From positions 1 to 32,722 of the forward strand of contig RFIZ01000171.1 in NCBI GenBank assembly GCA_003695105.1: a stretch of DNA of 32,722 bases, given 5' to 3'. The position numbers were made by a program, and so were the translations under genes. The notes beneath the pieces were generated by a model. That model saw only the letters and a program-made list of their open reading frames with translations. It made no database searches and had not been told where the DNA came from. Below are positions 16,991 through 26,254 of the stretch, piece by piece (the stretch's first letter is position 1; each line of letters opens with the position of its first letter). This DNA comes from Fidelibacterota bacterium. GTDB lineage: Bacteria; Fidelibacterota; Marinisomatia; Marinisomatales; J089.

Positions 16991-17037
16991 AGAAAAGTCT
17001 TTTCTGGCCTAATTTTTTCGAAGTTAGAACGAAAAAA
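16991..17037. promoter_or_regulatory. Two perfect inverted repeats in the divergent ferredoxin / MFS promoter region
   Basis: AGAAAAG-T-CTTTTCT at 16991-17005, a 7-1-7 repeat. TTTTTTCG-N9-CGAAAAAA at 17013-17037, an 8-9-8 repeat ending 2 nt before the GTG of the MFS gene. Confidence 0.3.
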
Positions 17038-17039
17038 TC

Positions 17040-18242
17040 GTGACAGCAGCGCCCTCATCCAGACTCCCCCTGCTATGGTCGGCCCAAACCATCACCGCCA
17101 TGGGGGATGCCATCTACCAGATTGCCCTGGTCTGGCTGATTCTCGATCTAACCGGAAACGCCGCCGTCACCGGACTGGTAGCCATGAGCGCTTACCTGCC
17201 GGCCCTGGTGTTCGGCCTGTGGGCCGGCGTCTTTGCCGATCGCCATCACCGGCTTCCGATCATGCTGTTCTCCCAGATCAGCCAGGCTTTGACCGTTGCT
17301 TTCATTCCCCTGATTATCTGGAAGGGATGGGCTTATTCCGGACTGGTGGGAATTTTGGCCTTTCTGCGGGCCAGCTTCGGGACTCTGTTCCCCCCGGCCT
17401 TCAACGCCCTGGTGCCTTCTCTGGTACCCAAATCCCGCCTGGTGCGGGCCAATTCTCTTCTCTCCACCGCAACCCAATTGGCCTATCTGCTGGGACCCGC
17501 CGCAGCCGGTTCCCTGTTGCAGTTTCTTTCGTTGCCCTGGATGTTTATCCTGGATTGCTTGTCCTTTTTGATCACCTTCGCGCTCCTGTTGTCCCTGCGG
17601 TCAGCTGAACGGGCCCGGAGCGGAACGGCCGGGCCGGCCCCTACCTGGAAAGATCTGCTGGACGGCTTTCGGTATTTCCGTGAAAAGCCGGCCCTGGGCT
17701 TCATGATGGCCCTGACGGTTATCAACAATCTGTTCATTATGGGTCCGGCCATCGTTGGTATGCCGGTCCTGGTGAAACAGGCCCTACAGGGGACCGCCGC
17801 CGACTACGCCTTTGTGGAAGCCTTGATGGCCCTGGGAATGCTGATCGGGTCCGCCGTGGTGTACCGCTACCTCCATCCCCTGAAAAGTGGCACCCTGTTG
17901 TTGGTGGGGATGGTTCTGGATGGATTGACCTACTCTTTGTTCCTCTGGGCCCGTTCCCTACCCTTTGTCATGGTGATGATCGTCATCCACGGCATCGGGA
18001 TTCCCTTCATCGTGATTTCACGGACAGCCCTCATCCAGAAACACGCGGCTTCGCCTTATCACGGCCGGCTGTTTTCCATTGTCCATTTATCGGTGGTTGG
18101 AGTGACGGCTCTCTCTTCCGCCCTGACGGGAATCGCCGCCCAGGTCATCGACATTCATCGGGTCTTTTTTGGCATCGGCATCGGAGCCGCCCTGTGCGGA
18201 GTGGTGGGGGCTTTTCTTCCCGGTCTGAGGTCTCTGGAATGA
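17040..18242 (+). CDS. MFS transporter (MFS_3 / EntS-like subfamily)
   Basis: 400 aa with ~12 hydrophobic segments. The N-terminal LWSAQTITAMGDAIYQIALVWLILDLTG and the FADRHHR loop are typical of this MFS subfamily. GTG start. Confidence 0.85.
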   Translation: MTAAPSSRLPLLWSAQTITAMGDAIYQIALVWLILDLTGNAAVTGLVAMSAYLPALVFGLWAGVFADRHHRLPIMLFSQISQALTVAFIPLIIWKGWAYSGLVGILAFLRASFGTLFPPAFNALVPSLVPKSRLVRANSLLSTATQLAYLLGPAAAGSLLQFLSLPWMFILDCLSFLITFALLLSLRSAERARSGTAGPAPTWKDLLDGFRYFREKPALGFMMALTVINNLFIMGPAIVGMPVLVKQALQGTAADYAFVEALMALGMLIGSAVVYRYLHPLKSGTLLLVGMVLDGLTYSLFLWARSLPFVMVMIVIHGIGIPFIVISRTALIQKHAASPYHGRLFSIVHLSVVGVTALSSALTGIAAQVIDIHRVFFGIGIGAALCGVVGAFLPGLRSLE

Positions 18243-19717
18243 ACCCCACGTCGGATGCATACCTGATCCTGGATCTGGGCACGTCCTCTTCCAAGGTGTT
18301 TGTGGTCGATGCCGGCGAAAACATCCTTTTCCGTGATCGCCGGAAACATCATTTGTATCGTCCTGCTCCACACCATGTCGAAGCCCATCCCACAGCCATT
18401 CTGGACCGGGTGCGGGACTTGATTCAGTCCGCGGGACGATGGGCGCGGGACCGGGGCCTTCACCTGTCGCAGGCCGGATTGGCCTGCCAACGGTCCACCT
18501 TTCTCTTCTGGGATCGGATCACCGGGGCACCCCAGGGTCCCGCTCTCAGTTGGCAGGACAGTCGCGCCACCGACATTGTGGCCGCACTGGAAACCCGGCG
18601 TCGGGAGATACAGTCCCGGACCGGGATTCCCCTGTCCGCCCATTTTGGCGGCCCCAAGTACCTCCACCTGATTCGCCACGAGGCGGAACTCCGGGCTGGG
18701 ATCGACGCTCAGCGGTTCATTTTTGGACCTCTGTCCGCCTTTGTGGTCTATCATTTGACCGGCGTGTTGGCCGTGGATGAAACCATCGCCGGGCGGACCT
18801 TACTGTTTCATCTGGATCGGCGTCGCTGGGATCCGGATCTGTTGAACTGGTTTCAGATCGATGAATCCGTTCTTCCGCCTCTTGCCCCCACACTGACCGA
18901 CTGGGGCGTGTTGGACACGGAGACCGGTGCCGTTCCCCTCCGTTGTGTCATTGGCGATCAACAGGCGGCTTTGCTGGGACAGGGGACTTCTCTGGCTTTG
19001 AATTTTGGCACGAGCGGATCGGTGCAGGTTCACACCGGATCGACTGCCAAGCATGTTCCCGGTCTTCTCAGCAATGTTCTGGTTTCCCGCGGCGATGAGT
19101 GTCATTACTTTTTGGAAGGTACGATTAATGCCTGCAATTCCCTGTTTTACTGGCTCGAGGATGAGTTTCACTTGCCCCACCGGGACATGCAATGGCATCG
19201 CCGGGCGGCGGCTACCTCCACCACGGGAATTCTGGTACCGGGATTTGTTGGTCTGGCGGCCCCCTACTGGCAGGATCAGTTTCAAACTATCTTTTGGCAT
19301 CTGGATCCGGATAACCTGGATGAAGTGGTCCGGGCCGGGATGGAGTCGATCGGGTTCCTCACAGCGGATATCCTTGCCGCCATGGCCGTCGATCTGCCGG
19401 ACCACCCCCTGCCGGCCGGCGGAGGCGGAGCCCGTCCTCCACTGCTTCAATTTCTGGCCGATCTGTTGGATCACCCAGTGGGTCACACCGTACAAAAGGA
19501 CAAAACGGCTTTGGGAGTGCTTCGCTGTCTGACGAACCCGTCACTGGCGGACATTTCCCGGGAGAAAGCTTCCCTGCATCCCCTCTACCATCCCCGGCAA
19601 AGTAAGGCCTGGCGGCAGGAAAAGATCCAGAACTGGCGCCGGGCACTGTCCCGGGCGGGAATCCTTCCCCGATTAGCTGCCGAACGGGGGTCAGAAGGGT
19701 TTGGTCTCAACCAGTAG
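18239..19717 (+). CDS. FGGY-family carbohydrate kinase (glycerol-kinase-like)
   Basis: N-terminal YLILDLGTSSSKVFVVD (actin-fold phosphate-1 motif), LSWQDSRA, HFGGPKYLHL, and a FGGY_C-like half (GLAAPYW). I place the start at ATG 18239, overlapping the MFS stop (ATGA), rather than at the track start 18194. Confidence 0.85.
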   Translation: MNPTSDAYLILDLGTSSSKVFVVDAGENILFRDRRKHHLYRPAPHHVEAHPTAILDRVRDLIQSAGRWARDRGLHLSQAGLACQRSTFLFWDRITGAPQGPALSWQDSRATDIVAALETRRREIQSRTGIPLSAHFGGPKYLHLIRHEAELRAGIDAQRFIFGPLSAFVVYHLTGVLAVDETIAGRTLLFHLDRRRWDPDLLNWFQIDESVLPPLAPTLTDWGVLDTETGAVPLRCVIGDQQAALLGQGTSLALNFGTSGSVQVHTGSTAKHVPGLLSNVLVSRGDECHYFLEGTINACNSLFYWLEDEFHLPHRDMQWHRRAAATSTTGILVPGFVGLAAPYWQDQFQTIFWHLDPDNLDEVVRAGMESIGFLTADILAAMAVDLPDHPLPAGGGGARPPLLQFLADLLDHPVGHTVQKDKTALGVLRCLTNPSLADISREKASLHPLYHPRQSKAWRQEKIQNWRRALSRAGILPRLAAERGSEGFGLNQ

Positions 19718-20086
19718 GGCCGCCAGGACCATACACAACAACGCCCCGGCCTGCATCCAGCGAACCGTCGTAAGGCTGTCGGCCGAATCGGACCGGTTGA
19801 GTTTAGCCCGGCTCATGTGCGTCAGTCCCAGGGCAATCAGCCACAACAGGATTTTCGTGTGCAGCCAGCCGCCCTGCAGCAATGAAGGATATACCAGCAG
19901 CATACCAACCCCGGCAGCCACCAGTACCAGTGCCGCCCACCCCTGAATCCTGGGGATCGTGGTTGCCCCGGTGCGGGAGTGGGCCGCTTCGTCACTCAGA
20001 GACCGGATCAGCACAAATCCACTGCCAAACCAGACGGCAAAAGCCAGGAGATGGACTACCTTTATGATGGATCCCAAGAAGATCAT
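19691..20086 (-). CDS. Small integral membrane protein (4 TM; CopD/SirB/DUF2269-like impression only)
   Basis: I place the start at ATG 20086 (MIFLGSIIKVVHLLAFAVWFGSG), preceded by GGAGGA and overlapping the HAD stop (ATGA). The N-terminal 37 aa of the track ORF are rejected. The 3' end overlaps the convergent kinase gene by 27 nt. Confidence 0.55.
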   Translation of the reverse strand: MIFLGSIIKVVHLLAFAVWFGSGFVLIRSLSDEAAHSRTGATTIPRIQGWAALVLVAAGVGMLLVYPSLLQGGWLHTKILLWLIALGLTHMSRAKLNRSDSADSLTTVRWMQAGALLCMVLAALLVETKPF

Positions 20087-20775
20087 GATTCCTCCAATCG
20101 TTGAATGGTTTCCCAACAGGCAGGATCGTCCAGAGAGGTTCCCAGCCACGCCGGCCGGAGGGCCTCCATTTTTTCCCACCACTCTTGTCGGCGACACACA
20201 AGGAGGGATGGCATACCGTAGTCCCGGGCCAGTTTCCCGTCTTCCACCGTGTCACCAATAATTATCATTTGTTCGTAGCGAAACGATTCATGGAACACGT
20301 CCCAGGCTCGTTCCCTGACCACCTGAGGCAGATCTCCCCGGGTCATTCCATCCTCACCGAACACACCCAGAGGAAAACGATGAAACAAATGGAATCGCCC
20401 CAGCTTGATCCGGGCTCCCCGGGAGATATTGCCGGTGAGCAACCCCAGATAGGCCTGTTTCTTCTCCAGTCTGGCCAGCAGGGCCACAGCATCGGAATAC
20501 ACAAAGGCTTCAGGCGAAGCGTCGTATTCCTGCTCCAGTCGCTGGAGGTAGCGATTCAGAATCCTGGTCACCATTTCACCCTGATCCCGATCGATCCCCA
20601 CTTTTTCCAGACCCCGCCGGACGATGGACGGATCCGTGAATCCGGCCACATCTTCCAACCGGAAACGGGCCTCCCTACCGGTGATGTCGCCAAAGGCCCG
20701 GTTCAGGCTCGCCCGGGGTACGGGTCCCGGATTCAACAAAGTCCCGTCTATATCAAACAGAAACAAATGCTTCAT
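20083..20775 (-). CDS. HAD-superfamily hydrolase (phosphoglycolate phosphatase-like, subfamily IA)
   Basis: LFLFDIDGTLL (DxDxT motif I), LLTGN (motif II), IIIGDTVEDG (motif IV). Confidence 0.85.
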   Translation of the reverse strand: MKHLFLFDIDGTLLNPGPVPRASLNRAFGDITGREARFRLEDVAGFTDPSIVRRGLEKVGIDRDQGEMVTRILNRYLQRLEQEYDASPEAFVYSDAVALLARLEKKQAYLGLLTGNISRGARIKLGRFHLFHRFPLGVFGEDGMTRGDLPQVVRERAWDVFHESFRYEQMIIIGDTVEDGKLARDYGMPSLLVCRRQEWWEKMEALRPAWLGTSLDDPACWETIQRLEES

Positions 20776-20884
20776 GACATCTTTGGAAATCCAGAAAATC
20801 CTTGTTTCTCTGTAAGCATATTTCTAACATTATTTCCAACACCGGTTATGCCAATCCGGTGTCAGGGGAAGAAAGGAGGGTATC

Positions 20885-21433
20885 ATGAGTAGGAACCATC
20901 ACCTGCGTTTTTGGGGGATTCTTTGCCTGGCCGCCACCCTGGAAGCCGGCGGTTTCGTTCTCACCAGTCCCGACATCTCCGGCCAGCTTACCAACGACCA
21001 GGTTTTTGCCGGGTTTGGCTGTGAAGGGAATAATATCAGTCCCGAATTGTCCTGGGCCAATGCTCCGGCGGGCACCAAAAGTTTTGCCATCACCGTGTAC
21101 GATCCCGATGCACCCACCGGCAGCGGCTGGTGGCACTGGGTCGTGTTCGATATTCCCGCCGATGTGCACATGCTGCCCCGGAATGCCGGAAACGTGGAAT
21201 CGCATCTGGCGCCGGAAGGGGTGATCCAGAGCATGACCAGTTTCGGTCAGACGGGATTCGGCGGAGCCTGCCCCCCGGTGGAAGACGGACCCCACGCCTA
21301 CATCATAACCGTCTATGCTCTGAGCGTGGATCATCTGGGGCTGGACGCTCAGGCTCCTCCGGAAATGGTCGGATTTTATCTCCATACGGCCACGCTGGCC
21401 AAGGCGTCGCTGATCGCCTATTACGATCGCTGA
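20885..21433 (+). CDS. YbhB/YbcL-family PEBP (Raf kinase inhibitor-like) protein, secreted
   Basis: Signal peptide WGILCLAATLEA. Motifs: SPELSWANAP, FAITVYDPDAPTGSGWWHWVVFDIP, GACPP..DGPHAYIITVYAL. Strong SD (GAAAGGAGGG) upstream. Confidence 0.85.
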   Translation: MSRNHHLRFWGILCLAATLEAGGFVLTSPDISGQLTNDQVFAGFGCEGNNISPELSWANAPAGTKSFAITVYDPDAPTGSGWWHWVVFDIPADVHMLPRNAGNVESHLAPEGVIQSMTSFGQTGFGGACPPVEDGPHAYIITVYALSVDHLGLDAQAPPEMVGFYLHTATLAKASLIAYYDR

Positions 21434-21447
21434 AAAATCGTTTCGCT

Positions 21448-22791
21448 TCAGTGAGCCAAAGCTCCCATGGGATCCCAGGGAGCCAGCCGGATCGGTTCCT
21501 GATCGTATAATTGCCGGATCTCCTCCGGGAGATACTGCTTGTCGATCACGATTTCATAGAGGTATTCGTCAAACCAACTATCGGACATGATGAAATACCC
21601 TTTCTGGCCCACTTTTTCTCCCCAACTGTTTTCCACCCGCCATTTCCGGGGACGGCCATCTTTCAAATCGACACCGGTGAACAACATGGCGTGGGTCATC
21701 ATACTGTCACCATATTCCAGCCGGGTGCTTTTGTCCATACCAATCGGAACACCATAGAACAAATCGTAGTCATACAGATCCATGTCCATGACTCCCAGGT
21801 CCCGATGAAAATGTTTTCCCACATCGCACCCGAACCAGACCGGCTGGTCATCCTGGAGGGTGGCAATGGCATACTCCTTCAACCGGTCCACTTCCAGATT
21901 AATGTATTTGACGATGCGACCTTCCACGACGTTCCCCAGATACTCCACCGTGAACAAAGCTTGATAGGGTTTGTCCTGCATGGGAGCGTTGATCAGGCAA
22001 ATTTTATCCGCCAACGACACCTGAACATGGTCCCGGTAGAATTGCTGGGGGGTCAGGCCTTCATAGCGCAGGAATTTGTTGTCCTTATCCCGTGCCTGCC
22101 AGTCGAACGTCTGCGGGGGATTGCCCAGATGAATGGCCAGGAGACGATAGACCACTCCCAGCATGTCCTCCTTCAGCGCCCGCAATTCGTTCAAACCGAC
22201 GCCATCCCGGTGATGGGCGTGACGTAACTGAGCCGCAAATTCCCGCAACTTTCGGGTCACGATCCGATTCATCATCATGGATTCGCTGCTCTGAAAGCTC
22301 TCCGGCATGACGGATTTGGGTACCAGTCCATATTTCTCGATCAGGTTGACAAACATATCCCATTGACCCCCATCCTGAATCGGATCCGACAGGAGATGCA
22401 TCAATAAGCGGCTGTCCCAGGGTTCCTCCAGGGTGGAAAGAATATTTTCCAGAAAATAATTGGCTTTCTCCAGCTTGTCATGAAACATGAAATAGTTCTG
22501 GGAAAACTCAAAGGAATCCAGATTGTACCGGCGTGAAAGTGCAATCCGAAGGAGATTCAGGCCGGCGAATCCCCAGCAGCGTCCGCTCTTTTTTTGATTG
22601 GTAATGGGCAGCTCACCGGTGATCACTTGGGAAAAGGTATGGTCGATTTGACGAAAAGACTCCCAATTCAGGGCCAGTTCCCGAATGTCCCGTTGCACGG
22701 CCGCATTTCGCGCCAGCTGAGCCTGGGGATCCGCCTGGAAATCCTGAGAGTATTTATGGTAGTTGGACATGGATATTGATTGGGTCGGCAT
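21448..22791 (-). CDS. pepC: Aminopeptidase C / bleomycin hydrolase (peptidase C1B)
   Basis: Catalytic Cys context NQKKSGRCWGFAGLN, His context MTHAMLFTGVD, Asn context WRVENSWG. I place the start at ATG 22791 after an AAGGAAAGGA-like SD. The track start 22830 would overlap the DJ-1 gene. Confidence 0.9.
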   Translation of the reverse strand: MPTQSISMSNYHKYSQDFQADPQAQLARNAAVQRDIRELALNWESFRQIDHTFSQVITGELPITNQKKSGRCWGFAGLNLLRIALSRRYNLDSFEFSQNYFMFHDKLEKANYFLENILSTLEEPWDSRLLMHLLSDPIQDGGQWDMFVNLIEKYGLVPKSVMPESFQSSESMMMNRIVTRKLREFAAQLRHAHHRDGVGLNELRALKEDMLGVVYRLLAIHLGNPPQTFDWQARDKDNKFLRYEGLTPQQFYRDHVQVSLADKICLINAPMQDKPYQALFTVEYLGNVVEGRIVKYINLEVDRLKEYAIATLQDDQPVWFGCDVGKHFHRDLGVMDMDLYDYDLFYGVPIGMDKSTRLEYGDSMMTHAMLFTGVDLKDGRPRKWRVENSWGEKVGQKGYFIMSDSWFDEYLYEIVIDKQYLPEEIRQLYDQEPIRLAPWDPMGALAH

Positions 22792-22810
22792 GAAGCGTCC
22801 TTTCCTTCTG

Positions 22811-23362
22811 TTAGCGGCGGGCCAAAACACCCTGATTCACGGCGTCGGCCGTTTCCGGACCGAAGAGAGATTCTACGATTAGGAAGGCAAATTCCATCGC
22901 AGAACCGGCGGCTTGCCCCGTGATCAGGTTGCCGTCAATCATGACCCGGTGTTGGGTGTTGTCTCCTGCCTGAATTTTTTCTACCCAATTGGGATGGGAG
23001 GTAAACCGTTTCTGACGGGTTAATCCCGCCCGGTCCAGCACGTAGGGGGCGGCACAGAGGGCGGCCGTTACTTGATTGGCGGCTCCCTGTTTCTGCAACA
23101 GATCAATCAGCCGTGAATCCTCTGCCAGATTAGGAGTTCCCGGTACCCCCCCTGGCAGAATGATGGCATCCCAAGTCTCGGTCAAACATTCCTCCAGAAC
23201 GGTATCCGCCACCAGATGCAGGTTGTGGGAACCGGTCACATTGCGTTTTTGCAACCCGGCGGTCACTACGTCGGCACCGGCCCGACGCAGGATGTCTACC
23301 ACCGTGACGGCTTCAATTTCCTCGAAGCCGTCCGCCAACGGTATCAGAATCCGTTTAGACAT
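22811..23362 (-). CDS. DJ-1/PfpI (ThiJ/YajL) family protein
   Basis: KRILIPLADGFEEIEAVTVVDILRRAG, nucleophile elbow AALCAAPYVL, GNLITGQAAGSAMEFA. The start is either ATG 23362 or ATG 23377; both overlap the SDR 3' end. Confidence 0.85.
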   Translation of the reverse strand: MSKRILIPLADGFEEIEAVTVVDILRRAGADVVTAGLQKRNVTGSHNLHLVADTVLEECLTETWDAIILPGGVPGTPNLAEDSRLIDLLQKQGAANQVTAALCAAPYVLDRAGLTRQKRFTSHPNWVEKIQAGDNTQHRVMIDGNLITGQAAGSAMEFAFLIVESLFGPETADAVNQGVLARR

Positions 23363-24038
23363 ACAATTTTTCTCCATTCATGGAACCCAAAAGAATCGTC
23401 CCGACCGTTTCGGCAATTTTTTGCGGTGAGGTCCAGGTGGAAAAATCCGCGTCCGGCATGGCCTCCCGATTGGCCGGCGTATCGATCACCGACGGAATGA
23501 TAATGTTGCAGGTTACGTCGCCACGGAGTTCCTGAGCCAGGGTGAGGGTCAATTCCGTCACGGCGGCCTTACTCATGACATAGGGCAGGGAATAGGCCAT
23601 CCCCGTATCCACCGCAGCCGAACCAAAATTGATGAGTCGACCAAAAGACTGGCTCTGAAAATGCCGGACGATGGCCGCGCACCCGTTCAGGGCCGTGAAG
23701 AAATTCATTTGCATCATCTCATGAAGGTGACTGTGCTGTAGATCTGCAACCGAAATCCCGGTACGGAAACCCCCGGCCACATTGATCCAGGCCTGAACCG
23801 GGCTCACGGTGCTGAGGATTTGGGCTACCGCATTTTCCACGGCACTCCGGTCACTCATGTTTACCTGGACGGACCATTCATGCTCTCCCACCGCTTCCAG
23901 GGGACCGGGTAATCCCCGCCGCGTCCCGATCACGGTCGCTCCCTGCTCAAGTAAATAGTCTTTGATGGCAGATCCGGTCGCGCCTCTGGCCCCCGTCACG
24001 ACGCAATTAAAATCGGCTAAGGATTGGGGTTTGGTCAT
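23355..24038 (-). CDS. Short-chain dehydrogenase/reductase (SDR) family oxidoreductase
   Basis: VVTGARGATGSAI (TGxxxGxG) and YVMSKAA (YxxxK). 227 aa. The ATG overlaps the plsC stop (ATGA). Confidence 0.85.
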   Translation of the reverse strand: MTKPQSLADFNCVVTGARGATGSAIKDYLLEQGATVIGTRRGLPGPLEAVGEHEWSVQVNMSDRSAVENAVAQILSTVSPVQAWINVAGGFRTGISVADLQHSHLHEMMQMNFFTALNGCAAIVRHFQSQSFGRLINFGSAAVDTGMAYSLPYVMSKAAVTELTLTLAQELRGDVTCNIIIPSVIDTPANREAMPDADFSTWTSPQKIAETVGTILLGSMNGEKLYV

Positions 24039-24745
24039 CCTTCTCTCCCTGACAATTGTATGATGTTCCGGCGAATCCTCGCCTGTAAGGATTCCACCGT
24101 TTCCTGCCGGTACTCTTCATATCTGAGCGGTTTTCCCACCCGCAAAATTAGGCGACCCGGTTTGATTTTCCAGTCTAACTTTGATTTGGCCTCGAATGCC
24201 CCCCAAATACCCACCGGAACCAGAGTGACTCCGGTATGGAGGGCCACATGAAAGGGTCCCTTCTTGAAAGGTCCGATTTTACCGGTCAGGGTTCGGGTCC
24301 CCTCCGGAGCGATGATACAGGAAGTCCCCCGGCGGATGACCGATTCCATCTGATTCAGGCTTTGAATGGCTTTATCCAATTCCCGGCGTCGGATGGGAAT
24401 CGCCCCGTATCGCCGTATCAAATAGCCCCAGAAAAACCAATGGAACTGCTTGGCGGCTGCCACCGAAGTAAAATAATGAGGAATGGCCGCTCCCAGCATA
24501 AAAACATCAAACAGGGATTCGTGGTTGAATAAATACAGGTAAGGTCCCTGATCGGGAGGTGGAAATTCTCCCTCGATCTGCAGGCGGTGCCCGGTTGCCC
24601 ATAAAAACAACCGGCAAAACAGGCGGACAAAACGATGAAGACGGGGAGCCGGAAATACAATGAGCAAGAGAAGATAGAGAGGGGCGAGAACGGCAAAGAC
24701 GACCAGTCCCGCCACCAGAAGCACAACCGCTACCAGGGTATTCAT
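24035..24745 (-). CDS. plsC: 1-acyl-sn-glycerol-3-phosphate acyltransferase
   Basis: LFNHESLFD (HX4D), IAPEGTRT, and an N-terminal TM anchor. I place the start at ATG 24745, forming an ATGA overlap with the mutY stop. ATG 24754 and GTG 24769 are alternatives. Confidence 0.85.
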   Translation of the reverse strand: MNTLVAVVLLVAGLVVFAVLAPLYLLLLIVFPAPRLHRFVRLFCRLFLWATGHRLQIEGEFPPPDQGPYLYLFNHESLFDVFMLGAAIPHYFTSVAAAKQFHWFFWGYLIRRYGAIPIRRRELDKAIQSLNQMESVIRRGTSCIIAPEGTRTLTGKIGPFKKGPFHVALHTGVTLVPVGIWGAFEAKSKLDWKIKPGRLILRVGKPLRYEEYRQETVESLQARIRRNIIQLSGREG

Positions 24746-25809
24746 GAGGCCCATTGCTGCCGCCGGCACAAGGTAAATAGTTTATGGTTGGCCGCCGGAA
24801 ACGGAAAGTGGGAAATCTCCCCGGGCGTAATCCAACGATAGGGCTGCCGCGTCTGAATCGTCTGCGGGTTCGGACTGGAACAATGATACAGGTGCAAATC
24901 GATGGCAAAATGGCTGTAGGCGTGCTGAACGGTGCCCACTTTTTTACCCGGGAGGACTTCGAGGCCACATTCTTCCCGAAATTCCCGCTTCAACGCCGCC
25001 GGAAGAGATTCTCCCGGCTCCACCTTACCGCCAGGGAGCTCCCACAGGCCGCCTAAATGCGTCTTTTCGTCTCTGCGGGTAATGAGAAACCGGCTCCGGT
25101 GCCATAACAGACCCACGACCACCGTTTTGACCGGCAACGGTTTTTTGACTTCCCGCCGGGGATACCGGTCCACCTGCCGGCGGGTATTGGCATGGCAAGC
25201 AGCGGCGACGGGACAGGATTTACAACGGGGCCGGGTGGGGCGACAAATCCGGGCCCCCAGTTCCATCACAGCCTGATTAAAATCTCCGGGACGGTCTGCC
25301 GGAAGCCAGGTTGCCAGCCGGTTTCGCATGCGCTTCCGATTATAAGGAGTCATCGTCCGAAGACCCAGATACCGGGCCAACCAGCGCCGGACATTTCCGT
25401 CCACTACCGGCAGCGGGAGCCCGTACGCAATGGACAAAACGGCGGCGGCCGTATAGGGTCCCACACCCGGCAGAGACTGGAACACCGTGGGATCGGTCGG
25501 AATACAGCCTTTCCATCGTGACTGAACCTCTTTCGCGGCCAGCCAGAAATTTCGGCACCGATTGTAATACCCCAACCCTTCCCAGAGTTTCAGCAAGGAT
25601 TCCAGCTCTGCTTCGGCCACCTTTCTCAGGGTCGGAAAGGCCTGCAACCAACGCTCGTAGTAGGGAATCACCGTCTCCACCCGGGTCTGCTGGAGCATCA
25701 CTTCCGACAGCCAGATCCGGTAGGGGTCCGAGGTAGATCTCCAGGGGAGGTCCCGACGATGCGTCTGGTACCACCCCAGTAAAAGATTCGTTATATTTGT
25801 ATTACACAA
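24742..25809 (-). CDS. mutY: A/G-specific adenine DNA glycosylase
   Basis: LLGWYQTHRRDLPWR, VMLQQTRV, HhH-GPD region LPGVGPYTAAAV, Fe-S loop CRPTRPRCKSCPVAAAC, and a C-terminal NUDIX-like domain (GGLWELPGGKVEPGES). TTG start directly abutting the marR-family stop. Confidence 0.9.
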   Translation of the reverse strand: MCNTNITNLLLGWYQTHRRDLPWRSTSDPYRIWLSEVMLQQTRVETVIPYYERWLQAFPTLRKVAEAELESLLKLWEGLGYYNRCRNFWLAAKEVQSRWKGCIPTDPTVFQSLPGVGPYTAAAVLSIAYGLPLPVVDGNVRRWLARYLGLRTMTPYNRKRMRNRLATWLPADRPGDFNQAVMELGARICRPTRPRCKSCPVAAACHANTRRQVDRYPRREVKKPLPVKTVVVGLLWHRSRFLITRRDEKTHLGGLWELPGGKVEPGESLPAALKREFREECGLEVLPGKKVGTVQHAYSHFAIDLHLYHCSSPNPQTIQTRQPYRWITPGEISHFPFPAANHKLFTLCRRQQWAS

Positions 25810-26235
25810 TTAATATCGTTCCAGATTTTTTTTGGACAACAGCCAGTGGAGAGACAGCAGGATCTCCCGAACCTCCTCCCGGTTTTCCAGCGGAACCGAC
25901 CGCAATAATCCCTGACCGAAAACCTCGATCCGCCGGTCGATGCTGGTTTGGAGCTGTTCTCCCCTTTCGGTGAGCATCACCCGGGACACCCGACGATCTT
26001 CTTCGCTTTTCGTCCGCCGGGCCCAGCCTCGTCGCTCTAACCCACCGATCAACCGGGTCATGGTACTGTTATCCACACCCAACTTCCGGGCCAGGGTCGT
26101 CATATCCGCTCCTTCATCGGGAATGGATGACAGCAATAAAATTTGCGGCAGCGTCATGCCCGGCCGGGTCACCTGCACCCGAAACAGGGACTGGAGGTCA
26201 ATCAGGAAATGCTTGAGTAATTCGCCAAACTCCAT
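25810..26235 (-). CDS. MarR-family transcriptional regulator
   Basis: 141 aa. Winged-HTH pattern LPQILLLSSIPDEGADMTTLARKLGVDNSTMTRLIGGLERRGWARR...DRRVSRVMLTERG. Confidence 0.85.
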   Translation of the reverse strand: MEFGELLKHFLIDLQSLFRVQVTRPGMTLPQILLLSSIPDEGADMTTLARKLGVDNSTMTRLIGGLERRGWARRTKSEEDRRVSRVMLTERGEQLQTSIDRRIEVFGQGLLRSVPLENREEVREILLSLHWLLSKKNLERY

Positions 26236-26254
26236 AGTTGTATATTACAAAATA

